Source of the DNA: Parabacteroides sp.
Lineage (GTDB): Bacteria; Bacteroidota; Bacteroidia; Bacteroidales; Tannerellaceae
Assembly: GCA_021204335.1 (NCBI GenBank)
Contig: JAJPZM010000306.1
Span: 1-57,440 of the forward strand
Direction: 5' to 3'
Length of the DNA stretch: 57,440 nucleotides
The position numbers and the translations under genes are program-made. Every line of letters starts with the position of its first letter. The first letter of the stretch is position 1. This document shows, in pieces, positions 9,286-18,796 of the stretch. The notes under the pieces are model-generated. The model worked only from the letters and a program-made list of their open reading frames with translations. It was not told where the DNA came from and made no database searches.

Positions 9286-9969
9286 ATGCAGAAAACGACT
9301 GTAACAATCCCGTTCATGCTGCTGGGCATCCTTTTCAATATATGCCTGGTTGCTTCCAACCTTTTAGAGACGAAAGTAGTTCAGGTATTTGGCATCACCG
9401 CCACCGCCGGACTGATCGTATTTCCGATCTCGTATATCATTAACGATTGCATCGCCGAAGTATGGGGATTTAAGAAAGCGCGCCTGATTATCTGGAGCGG
9501 CTTTGCTTCCAACTTCCTCGTAATCGGTTTTGCGCAATTGGCTGTCATGTTGCCTGCCGCCCCATTCTGGGAAGGAGAAGAAGGATTCAATTTCGTATTC
9601 GGCATGGCGCCCCGCATTGCCATAGCAAGTCTGATCGCATTCCTGGTCGGTTCGTTCCTCAATGTCTACGTGATGAGCAAGATGAAGATCGCTTCGCAAG
9701 GAAAAAACTTCTCCCTGCGTGCCATCGTCTCGACCCTGGTTGGAGAGAGTGCCGATTCGATGATCTTCTTCCCGATAGCCTTTGCCGGACTGATCCCTGT
9801 CAAAGAACTGTTTATCATGATCGGGACGCAGGCGGTACTAAAATCGCTCTACGAAGTAACTATCCTTCCCGTAACGATCCAGGTCGTGAAGTATATCAAG
9901 AAAGTAGACGGGACGGATGTGTATGATGTCGGAACTTCCTACAATATATTAAAGGTAAAGGATATCTGA
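9286..9969 (+). CDS. yhhQ: Queuosine precursor (preQ0/preQ1) transporter, VUT/COG1738 family
   Basis: ASNLLETK, IVFPISYIINDCIAEVWG, APRIAIASL.AFLVG, RAIVSTLVGESADS. Confidence 0.92.
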   Translation: MQKTTVTIPFMLLGILFNICLVASNLLETKVVQVFGITATAGLIVFPISYIINDCIAEVWGFKKARLIIWSGFASNFLVIGFAQLAVMLPAAPFWEGEEGFNFVFGMAPRIAIASLIAFLVGSFLNVYVMSKMKIASQGKNFSLRAIVSTLVGESADSMIFFPIAFAGLIPVKELFIMIGTQAVLKSLYEVTILPVTIQVVKYIKKVDGTDVYDVGTSYNILKVKDI

Positions 9970-10114
9970 GCAGGAGAAAATTCAATTGTAGAAAGAACTA
10001 AGCTATTATAGTGTGTCCGGTTATAGCGACTGATGCTATCTCCCAAGCTTTTTCCCTCATTCTTGCTGTGATATTCAAAACTTCTTATATTTGCAGCACT
10101 AACACACTATACCA

Positions 10115-12124
10115 ATGAAAAAGCTAGTACACTGTATTAATATTATCGTATGCCTACTCCCCCTGCTCCTTGCCAGCCTTATGCCGGCATCCGCAGCAGC
10201 CGGTACTATCCCCGCCGATGCCGACACCACCGCCATCAGCGCCCTTTTCGATGAAGCCAAAGATTTGCAGAAGAACGGCGACTTTGCCGGCGCCATCGCC
10301 CGTTACCAACAGCTTGTCGCCATCACCCCGCCCGCGGGAGAGGAAGAAGCCGCCGTCGAGCCACTGGCCGAAAGCCTGCTGCAACTCATGTACTGCTACA
10401 TCTTCGCCAACCGGCGCGAAGATGGAGCCGAATACTTCACCCGCCTGCGCCGCGACAGCACCTGCTGGATAGCCCGCCGCTCGCCCCGCGACATCGAGAT
10501 CAGCACCGCCTACGCCCTCTACGAAGCCGCCCGGCCCGACCAGGCAGCCGCCCTCGTCGACACCACCCTGGCACGACCGGAAGAAGGACGCTCGCCCGAA
10601 CGACTCTACGTCGACTATGGCGTCTCATCCGTCATCTACAACCAGGTCGGACAGATACGCAAGGCCATCGACTGCAACAACCGCAGCCTTGCCATCCTTC
10701 GCACCCTGCCCGACAAGAGCAAGATGGCCTTCGTGCTCGGCAACCTCGTCTACCAATACCAGCAGATCGGCGAGTTCGACCGGGCACTTGCCGCCTACGA
10801 CAGCCTGATCGTCTCCGGCCAGGGCGAGATAAACCCTTACGGACTCTGCGCCGCCGAAGCCAACACCGTCCACCTCTTCGACGAATGGGGCATCGAGGAA
10901 GAAGTGAAGAACCACCTCGCCAAAGCCCGCCAGGCAGCCGAGACGTGTGCCATCCCCGACGCCTTCCTGCGCGTCGACAACCTGGCCGCCTACTACGCCC
11001 TGCTGCAAAAAGATTACCCGACGGCCGCCAGCCTGATCGACAGTCTCGAAACGCGCCTGCCCGACCGCTCGCAACACTCCTTCTACCACCGTTTCTACGA
11101 TAACTACCGTTGTGTCCTCGCGATCGGCACCGCCCCGAAAGGCGACCACAGCTACCTTGCCGCCGCCCGCAAGATGACCGGCGAGCTTGCCGGCCAGCCC
11201 CTCGACGACCTAGCCGTCCTCAGTTGCCGCCTGCTGGGCGACGCCCTGGCCGACAAAGGCGACGATGCCCTGGCCATCGAAACCTACTCGATCTGCTGCG
11301 ACTACATCGGCCGCAACAACCTGCTCAACCAGCAGCGCCACATCTATTACGCGCTTGCCGAGCTTTACAGCCGCACCGGCCGCACCGCCGAAGCCTGCCG
11401 CTACTACCCGTTGGCAAGCCGGGCAAACAGCCGCTTCACCGAACGCCGCAATGCGGGACTCATCTCGCAGTTCCGCGTCAAATACGAAACACGCAAGAAG
11501 GAACAGCAAAACAAACTGCTCCGCTCCGAAGTCATGCTCAAGCAGCGCACCATCGAGAACAACCTCATCCTCATCGTCGCCCTGCTCCTGCTCTCCGGCG
11601 CCGCCATCGGCTGGTTCATCCTGTGCCAGCGCGCGCTCAAGCTGCAACACATCGCCGACAGCCGGCAGCACGAACTCGACCTCGCCCACCAGCGCGAAGC
11701 CCGTCTCCTGCTCGAAGAAAAAGAACAGCAACTCCGCCAAATGCTCAGCGACCGCCGGGAGCTGAACCGCAAAAACGAAGAACTGCGCAACGAGCTCGAA
11801 CGCTCCGACGCCCGCACCAGTCTCGAGGGCCTTATCAGCAGCCTGTCGCCCCGCCTGCTCACTTCCGAAGAAGAACAGGATTTCCGCCGCGAGTTCTGCC
11901 TGATCCACCCCAGCTTCCTGCCCCGCCTGCGCGAAATCTGTCCCGACATCACCCGCAGCGAGGAGCTGTTGGCGATGCTGATACGCCTGCAACTCACCCC
12001 CGAAGAAATCGCCCTTGCCCTCGGCAACAACCGCGCCAGCGTCCACACCTCGCATTCGCGCCTGCGCAAAAAGATGCAAATACCGAAGGAAACGCCGCTC
12101 GACGAATTTTTCCGCAATTTGTAA
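10115..12124 (+). CDS. Membrane-spanning one-component regulator: signal peptide, TPR sensor, TM helix, coiled coil, C-terminal LuxR-like HTH
   Basis: TPR-like helices, FRVKYETRKKEQQ before the TM helix, C-terminal PDITRSEELLAMLIRL...EEIALALG...SRLRKK. -7 box at 10086-10093. Confidence 0.8.
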   Translation: MKKLVHCINIIVCLLPLLLASLMPASAAAGTIPADADTTAISALFDEAKDLQKNGDFAGAIARYQQLVAITPPAGEEEAAVEPLAESLLQLMYCYIFANRREDGAEYFTRLRRDSTCWIARRSPRDIEISTAYALYEAARPDQAAALVDTTLARPEEGRSPERLYVDYGVSSVIYNQVGQIRKAIDCNNRSLAILRTLPDKSKMAFVLGNLVYQYQQIGEFDRALAAYDSLIVSGQGEINPYGLCAAEANTVHLFDEWGIEEEVKNHLAKARQAAETCAIPDAFLRVDNLAAYYALLQKDYPTAASLIDSLETRLPDRSQHSFYHRFYDNYRCVLAIGTAPKGDHSYLAAARKMTGELAGQPLDDLAVLSCRLLGDALADKGDDALAIETYSICCDYIGRNNLLNQQRHIYYALAELYSRTGRTAEACRYYPLASRANSRFTERRNAGLISQFRVKYETRKKEQQNKLLRSEVMLKQRTIENNLILIVALLLLSGAAIGWFILCQRALKLQHIADSRQHELDLAHQREARLLLEEKEQQLRQMLSDRRELNRKNEELRNELERSDARTSLEGLISSLSPRLLTSEEEQDFRREFCLIHPSFLPRLREICPDITRSEELLAMLIRLQLTPEEIALALGNNRASVHTSHSRLRKKMQIPKETPLDEFFRNL

Positions 12125-12271
12125 CAACGTAGTAACCAGTCATTTTCAAGCCTTATACGCATTTGTACAGAAAACTGTCAATAGGCATTTCTATCGTTCT
12201 TCAACATCTTTCGATAGATTCGCCGCATGAATTTTTTTCAACGACACACAAAGGAGAAAAGGAGACGAGGG

Positions 12272-12460
12272 CTCGGAAGGTATCACCAAGACCTTAGTGA
12301 CTGTTCCCGAGACCTCGGAAGTTAACAGCCGGGTCTCAGTTACTTTTTCCGACGCTTCGGAAGGTGCCGCCACAACCTCAGCCATCCCTTCCGAGCCCTC
12401 GGATGATACCGCAGAGGTCTCAGCGACCCTTCCGGAGCTCTCGGGAGCCTTTCCCGCACC
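12272..12460. repeat. Degenerate tandem array of nine 21-bp units with a 42-bp super-period and a palindrome at every second junction
   Basis: Units start at 12272, 12293, 12314, 12335, 12356, 12377, 12398, 12419 and 12440, alternating (C/T)TCGG.. and CT(C/T)AG..TTCC. Confidence 0.85.
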
Positions 12461-12506
12461 GGAAACGATCATTTCAAACGAATAATAACCTATAAATTAC
12501 ACAATT

Positions 12507-13340
12507 ATGCCATTAGCAAAACAAATCGGGACAATTGCGAGGACAAACCTCACCAATTCCGCCCACATGGCGATGAACACCGAGATACACGACCGTATCC
12601 TCGCCGTCACCGTTGCCGTCCTTCACCTGGAAACCCTCGAACCGGGTTACAAGCAATGCCTTGACCGCGAAGGCGAAAGCGTGAACCGCGTCACCAAAAG
12701 CGCGACCACCGAGCAACTCGAAGCGAAAGACGCAGAACGCGACAAAACATTCCAGTTCATCACCTCTATGAACGGCTCCTACCTCGTCTGCCCCGATCCG
12801 CAGATGCAGGCAGCCGCCAAGGTGCTCGACGCAGCGCTCAAAGCCTACAAGAACCTGTACAGCAAGGCATACAGCGAAGAAACCGCCCTCATCGACGGCC
12901 TGCTGCGCGACATGGACGACCCCGAACGGAAGAAGGCCGCCACCACCCTTCACCTCGACACCTACTTCACCCAACTGAAAACGCAGAACGACGAATATAA
13001 AACCCTCGATGCTTCACGCACCGACGAATACACCGCCCGCGTGAAGACCGACACCTCGAAAGCCCGCAAGGCGACCGACGAGACACTCGACCTCATCGTG
13101 CAGCGCGTCAACGCCTACGCCGTACTCGAGCCGACCGACGGAATCAACAATTTCATCGACACCGTCAACCAGATTTACCGTAAATACAAAGACCTGATCG
13201 CAGCCAAAGGCGGCCCTTCTACACCGACCCACCCCGATGATAAACCTTATCCCACGCCCGACCCGTCGCCCGAAGAACCCGACACCCCCGTTACGCCCGG
13301 TGACCCGGTTGGCGACGACGACCGTCCAGTAATCGAATAA
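12507..13340 (+). CDS. DUF6261 / HagB-like helical protein with a Pro-rich linker and C-terminal GDDDRPVIE
   Basis: KSATTEQL...DAERD, YSEETALI, T..ARKATD, FIDTVNQI; no signal peptide. Confidence 0.75.
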   Translation: MPLAKQIGTIARTNLTNSAHMAMNTEIHDRILAVTVAVLHLETLEPGYKQCLDREGESVNRVTKSATTEQLEAKDAERDKTFQFITSMNGSYLVCPDPQMQAAAKVLDAALKAYKNLYSKAYSEETALIDGLLRDMDDPERKKAATTLHLDTYFTQLKTQNDEYKTLDASRTDEYTARVKTDTSKARKATDETLDLIVQRVNAYAVLEPTDGINNFIDTVNQIYRKYKDLIAAKGGPSTPTHPDDKPYPTPDPSPEEPDTPVTPGDPVGDDDRPVIE

Positions 13341-13355
13341 TAAATAACGAAAGAT

Positions 13356-16300
13356 ATGAAAGATAGAAACAATCCTTCTAACAGTAAACGAACCACCGGA
13401 AATTGCTTCCGGTGGTTCGTCAGTATAGCTATACTGACCTTTTTGCCGATGATTGCGGCAGTGGCAAAGGCACAAACCGATCCTGACCCTGCCTGGGTAA
13501 CTCAAGCCAAAGCAGCCACAGTCGGGACAGACGTAAGTAGCACAGACGTAGTGATAACTGAAAGTACCGGTGACGGCAATCCTACCACCTACACCGTCAA
13601 AACCGCCACAGGCCTTGCCTGGATTGCCTGGGTGACGAATAAAGGGAAAACTCACCCCGAAATTACTACTACTTCTGAACCGAATTACGATAGCTTCTAT
13701 CCTGCCAAGGCCGGCTTTGAGGACTGCGCTGTCGAACTTGCTGACAATATTTCGCTGGCTCTCCCCACTGAGCTAAATACAGTCGGAGATACTAATGATA
13801 GTTGGGTGCCTATTGGATATTTAAGCCACAAATTCAAAGGCACCTTCAACGGCAACAACAAAACCATCACCGATCTGTCGATTACGGAAGAGTATACAGA
13901 TTACAATGCTATAGGTCTTTTCGGTCGCATAGAAGGTGGCAGCATAAATAACCTGACAGTAGAAGGGAAAATAGAACTGGGCAGTTACGCAACCTCATCT
14001 ACTAAATTTATTGGCGGCATTGTCGGTTATTCAGAAGGGAACATCAACAATTGCCACAACAAATGCACAATCGATTATGGTAGTGCCGGCGAAAACTACG
14101 AGATAAATGTAGGAGGCATTGTCGGAAAGATAGACTATACTAATTGCTCAATAACAAACTGCTCCAATCAAGGAAAAATCAGTGGGACAAAGGGAAAATA
14201 TTGCTATATCGGAGGAATAGTAGGTATTGCAACTATTAATAGTAAAGCCCTCTCCAATTGTTTCAATTCCGGCGAGATAGATGCAACAGCTACAGCCTAT
14301 GTTGCCGGTGGCATTGCCGGAAGCAATAGCATGCAGTTATCGAATTGCTATTCTACCGGGGCAGTTAAGGCTAAGGTTAATGATTCAAATAGTGAGAATA
14401 GTTGTTATGCCGGAGGTATTGCCGGAATTAATAATAAGACCATTACCAATTGTTATAGCACCGGTGCAGTATCTGCAACTCATAGCGGTAAAAGTGATAC
14501 TTATAATTCAAATTCTTGTTGTGCCGGAGGTATTGCCGGTTCTAGCAGTTCCCAAACAACCATCAGCAATTGCCTGGCATTAAACAAGAGTGCTGCTGAT
14601 GGCAGTCCTGCTATTAGCGTAACTGTAACAAACGGTATATCCATAAAGATGGGTCGCGTTGTCGGAAATTATTATACTGGTAGTAGTAGTAATGCAAGCT
14701 ATAATACAAAGCTTTCCAACAACTACGCCAGCACCCTAACGACTATGCCGGATAACTATACCTATGATAAAGCCACAGATAAAAAAAAGACGGCGCAGAT
14801 ATTTATCTGGAAGATAATATTTCCGATATCTTGAATGCCGACATAAGTGCCCCGGCTACATCCCCATGGGCTTACACCGATGATAATTTACCCACGTTGA
14901 ATGTTTGGACAGGACAGTCAGTCCCCACCCAATCATCCCTTGCAAAAGCGACTTATCTGGCAAGCGAGCCCGGGAAATTGAAAGCATTAGACCTTTCCGA
15001 AACCACCCTTACCGGCAACATCACCATCACCAAAAACGATGCCGGCCAGTGGGAATATACGGTAGCAAAAGCAACAGGTGGAACACCAGGCGTAACACCA
15101 ACCAGCCAATCTACCGGGCCAGTCGAAGCCGGAACCGTCTTTACCGGAGTCATTAAACAGTCAAACTCGCAAACGGCGTTTACGCATTCGATAACGGTTA
15201 AGAATGCAGAAGGGGCAACAACAACAGCTTCAATCACGCTGTCGGGAAAGATTAATATCGTAACAGAGGAAACAACCGCACTAACCTTCTATGACAAAAC
15301 CGGCTTAATCATTGAAGAAGGAGCTAAGGTTTATTTGGCTGGGGGAACAAATACCTTACTAATGAGTCGTGGATTTAATATAACAGGATCTCTTCTACGC
15401 TGGAGACTCAATTGGAATGACTCAGAGCAATACAAAGGCTATTTAAAACTATACAAGGCAGATGATAAAGAGGGAACTCCTTATGAAACTTTTGATTTGA
15501 CGAATACGAATATAAAGGGTTTCGCAACCAATGTTTCCCCCAATACAGAATATACCCTTTGGCACGAAACAGACGGGACAAAGACACAACAGCAAGGTTA
15601 TGACACATCCAACAATTATCAACCTTTCAGTGTCACAACCAACAATACAGTTTTTCTTAAAGTAAAACCGGTCATCCCCGTCACACTAACGCAACCCGAT
15701 GAAGGCGGTCTTATCTCCGTCTTTTACAATAATGCCGCGTTGTCGGAAAATAGTAGTGGCGTTGTCTATGGAGCAAAACTCCAACTCAAAGCCTATCCGA
15801 TAGCAGGCTATAAGTTGGAGAAATATACCGTTACAACTACTATTGCAACGGGGAACTCTCAGCCAACATCAACGTCAACCGAGATAACCGCTGCTGCCGG
15901 CGAATATACTGTTCCTGATATAATGAATAACACCGGTTCTTATATTGACATTACCAATATCACAGTAACCGGCAGCTTTAAAGAGGATAAATCATCCGCC
16001 ACTCAACCCGAAACAACGGAAGTAGCCAAGAGTGAAAACGAACTTCCCGCAACGGTAAATGCTCCGACAGCCGCAGTCGATCCAAACAACACGACTGCCA
16101 GCAGTGGCTCCGCTACCATCAAACTGATTTCCGGAGATTTGAAAGAACAAGAGCATAAAACCAGCCTGGAAGATAAACTTAAAAGCGAACTCAGCTCCTT
16201 TACGAATATGATCTTTGCCGAAATAGCGCTGGTAGAAATAACCGACAATGGTGGCACAGAAATCATGAAGCCTATCCAGCCAAAGGATGGGACGACAGTT

Positions 16301-17032
16301 CATATCGTCTACCCTTACCCTGTCGGTCTCGATAGCAAAAGCACCTTCGTAATCGTCCACCTGAAAACCGACGGCACTACCGAAGTCTACAAAGAAAGTC
16401 CGGACGCATCGAAAGGCGAACTGCAATTGACGAAAACCGTCCGCGGTCTGGAATTCGCCGTTTCCAGCTTCAGTCCTTTCGGTATCACTTGGAAAGCCTA
16501 CTCCGCCCCATCGGGTGGCAATGACGACAACGATGATGGCAACGACACTCCGCCCGTCTACTACATCGTCACCATCCCCGCCGTCGAAGGTGCCGCCACC
16601 GACCCGGTTGCCGGAGATTACGAAGTGGAAGCCTGGGACAGCTTCGGCTTCTACCTCACCCTCGAACCGGCCTACAATCAGTCGACGCCCGTCGTCACCA
16701 CTGACCGCGGGGAGACGCTCTCGCCCCGCTCGTCCGACGGCAAGTATATCGTGAAGTACGTGCGTAGCGACATCGACATCGCCATCGAAGGCATCACCGC
16801 CAACGAGCCGCCCGTTGCCAACGCCGTCCTCACCGCCGGCACCCGCCTGTGGACAGAGCAACAAACGTTCTGCATCCACACCGATACGGCGGGGCAGCTC
16901 CGTCTCTTTACCCTCGCCGACTCCCTCTATCGCACGATAGAGCTTGCTCCCGGCGATACGCGGCTGCCTGTTCCATCCGGTCTCTACATCGCCCGTCTCA
17001 ACAGCCAGGCGATAAAAATACTGGCACCCTAA
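13356..17032 (+). CDS. Large (~1225 aa) secreted GLUG-repeat surface protein with a T9SS-type C-terminal domain; one frameshift in A8 at 14781-14788
   Basis: Signal peptide AKA-Q, WVPIG...FKGTFNGNNKTI, repeated GGIVG/GGIAG and NCYSTG, VSSFSPF, C-terminal VTIPAVEGA...PSGLYIARL...IKIL. The frame after the A-run is continuous with ORF 14831-17032. Confidence 0.8.
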
Positions 17033-17038
17033 ACACTT

Positions 17039-17102
17039 CACCCCTGTCCCCCTTAGCGTCGGGAGTATCCTTTCCCCTCTCCGAGAGGGGGCAGGGGGTG
17101 TG
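17039..17102. terminator. GC-rich hairpin or REP-like element between convergent genes
   Basis: CCCCTCTC/GAGAGGGG inner repeat with an alternative CACCCCTG...CAGGGGGTG outer pairing. Confidence 0.5.
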
Positions 17103-17118
17103 TTGATATACAGGGGAA

Positions 17119-18096
17119 TTAGATGGCAGAAGGGATATCGATCGTTTCGGAACTTTCTGTCCAGTTTGCTACTTCAAAGCCATTGGCAGAAGTTTCCTCA
17201 GAATAGATATCTCCTAATGTAATAGTAAGACTTAAGCGGTTGCCGGCAGTCAATGTATTTGCTAACGGCTTTTGGAAATGCTTCACCTGCCCGTTCTTCA
17301 AAGTCAACAATATAGTCAGCGGCGGATTGGCGGAAGAAGGGAAAACCATTACGGTTGAATTGGCAGACATCGACATACTGTCTGCCGACATGCTCAGAGG
17401 GAATGCAACCGTCTTTGTGAAATCACTGGGTTCGGCGGTATAGTAATTCAAGCGGGAAGCAATATTGCCGACCAGGATACGGGCAGAAGCGATGTTGCTG
17501 TCCATCTTATCGCCGTTCTTATTCGTCAATGTCACTTTCAGACCTGCCACTGCATGCTTCAAGGTAGCCTGCATCTTGTCAGTACCGACTTTGATCGGAT
17601 TTACCGCATGAAGGTAATCGTAGACCGGCATATAAGTCGTATCATTATAACTTTCCTGATACATCGGCATATATAATTCAGACAAATTGGCTCCCAGGCG
17701 CAAGCCGGGTTCTTTGATGGCAGAGGCGTCATATACCGAGTCGGTCTGGCTGTTTTTGGCAAGTCCCCAGTATAGAAAATTATAATCACCCAAAGGAAGC
17801 CTGACTGGATTGGTTGCTTTGTAAACAGATCCGTCCTTTATAGAGTAAGTAGCGTTAACGGGCCACAGATCACCTTTAACCGTATAATTTCCATAATAAA
17901 GGCTCGAGTCTCCCTCGCATGGATAAACCATCAAGACTCCGGTAAATACGGTTGACTGACCACCGGTAGCTACCTTTATATCTGCCAGTTCGGGACTGAT
18001 AAGATCATTATTATTCACGCAACGGCAGTCGTCATCCTTCGAACAACTGCCCAGAAACAGGATTGATAAGAGTGTACAAAAAACTAACTTGTTCAT
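17119..18096 (-). CDS. FimB/Mfa2-like fimbrial lipoprotein
   Basis: Lipobox LGSC followed by an acidic stretch, LPLGDYNFLYWG, LKHAVAGLKV, C-terminal FEVANW.E.ETID strand. Confidence 0.65.
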   Translation of the reverse strand: MNKLVFCTLLSILFLGSCSKDDDCRCVNNNDLISPELADIKVATGGQSTVFTGVLMVYPCEGDSSLYYGNYTVKGDLWPVNATYSIKDGSVYKATNPVRLPLGDYNFLYWGLAKNSQTDSVYDASAIKEPGLRLGANLSELYMPMYQESYNDTTYMPVYDYLHAVNPIKVGTDKMQATLKHAVAGLKVTLTNKNGDKMDSNIASARILVGNIASRLNYYTAEPSDFTKTVAFPLSMSADSMSMSANSTVMVFPSSANPPLTILLTLKNGQVKHFQKPLANTLTAGNRLSLTITLGDIYSEETSANGFEVANWTESSETIDIPSAI

Positions 18097-18178
18097 AATT
18101 ACCAAATGTTTGTTTAGATTTATGCTTATAGGAACAGCATAGAAACCATTTGGTTTTTCGAATCAGGCTAATTAACGT

Positions 18179-18784
18179 TTACTTAAAGAGATGCGACCAG
18201 TCTTCGCGGGGTTCGGGCGTATACGTATGAATGCCCAATAACTCGGCCGTCCGGCAGTTAGCTACCGTATCATCGATAAACAAGGTTTCTTCCGATTTGA
18301 TGGCGGCATCTTGGAGTACGTATTCGAAGATATCGGCATTCGGTTTGACCATGTTCAATTCGTAGGAAAGATATATCTTATTGAAGAAATCTTCGGCATG
18401 ATGTCCCTGATAAGCAAAACTGTTCTTCTCCGCCCATTGCCAATGGATCTCGTTGGTATTGCTGAGCAACATCGTATTGTATTTCTTGCGAAGCTCCATG
18501 AGCAAGTCCAGTTTATAACCGGGCACATCATCGAGCATGGCGATCCAGGCGGTATCTATCTGTTCATCGGTCAGCTGTTGTTGGGTCAGATGGCGGATGC
18601 CGTCCCGGAATTGGGCGGAAGTGATGGTTCCCATTTCGATTTGCATAAACAAATCCTTGCTGTTCAATATACAGTCGCGGACATTGGGAATGCCGAAACT
18701 CTCAAAGGCTTCTACGCAACGGTTTCGGGTCAGATTAATAATCACCCCGCCAAAATCGATAATCAAGTTCTTAATACCTTCCAT
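18179..18784 (-). CDS. HAD-family phosphatase (YihX-like)
   Basis: IIDFGGV, LLSNTN, KP..IF, LFIDD. Confidence 0.92.
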   Translation of the reverse strand: MEGIKNLIIDFGGVIINLTRNRCVEAFESFGIPNVRDCILNSKDLFMQIEMGTITSAQFRDGIRHLTQQQLTDEQIDTAWIAMLDDVPGYKLDLLMELRKKYNTMLLSNTNEIHWQWAEKNSFAYQGHHAEDFFNKIYLSYELNMVKPNADIFEYVLQDAAIKSEETLFIDDTVANCRTAELLGIHTYTPEPREDWSHLFK

Positions 18785-18796
18785 ATCCCCCTATTA

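Noticed and set aside
10154-12230. Long overlapping ORFs (11110-12132 +, 11210-12127 -, 11404-12162 - and others)
   Set aside because: These are shadow frames caused by GC-rich, C-ending codon bias in the real regulator gene; their composition is unnatural (Arg/Pro-rich).
12272-12460. CRISPR array
   Set aside because: The period is only 21/42 bp, there is no invariant 23-47-bp repeat with ~30-bp spacers, and no cas genes are in the window.
14781-14788. Phase-variable poly-A switch in the GLUG surface protein
   Set aside because: Plausible in principle, but identical slips occur in xth and transporter genes, so sequencing error is the simpler explanation without read data.
9970-17118. Target-site duplication or att repeats bounding the DUF6261/GLUG island
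   Set aside because: No convincing direct repeat was found at the two edges by eye, and there is no mobility gene.
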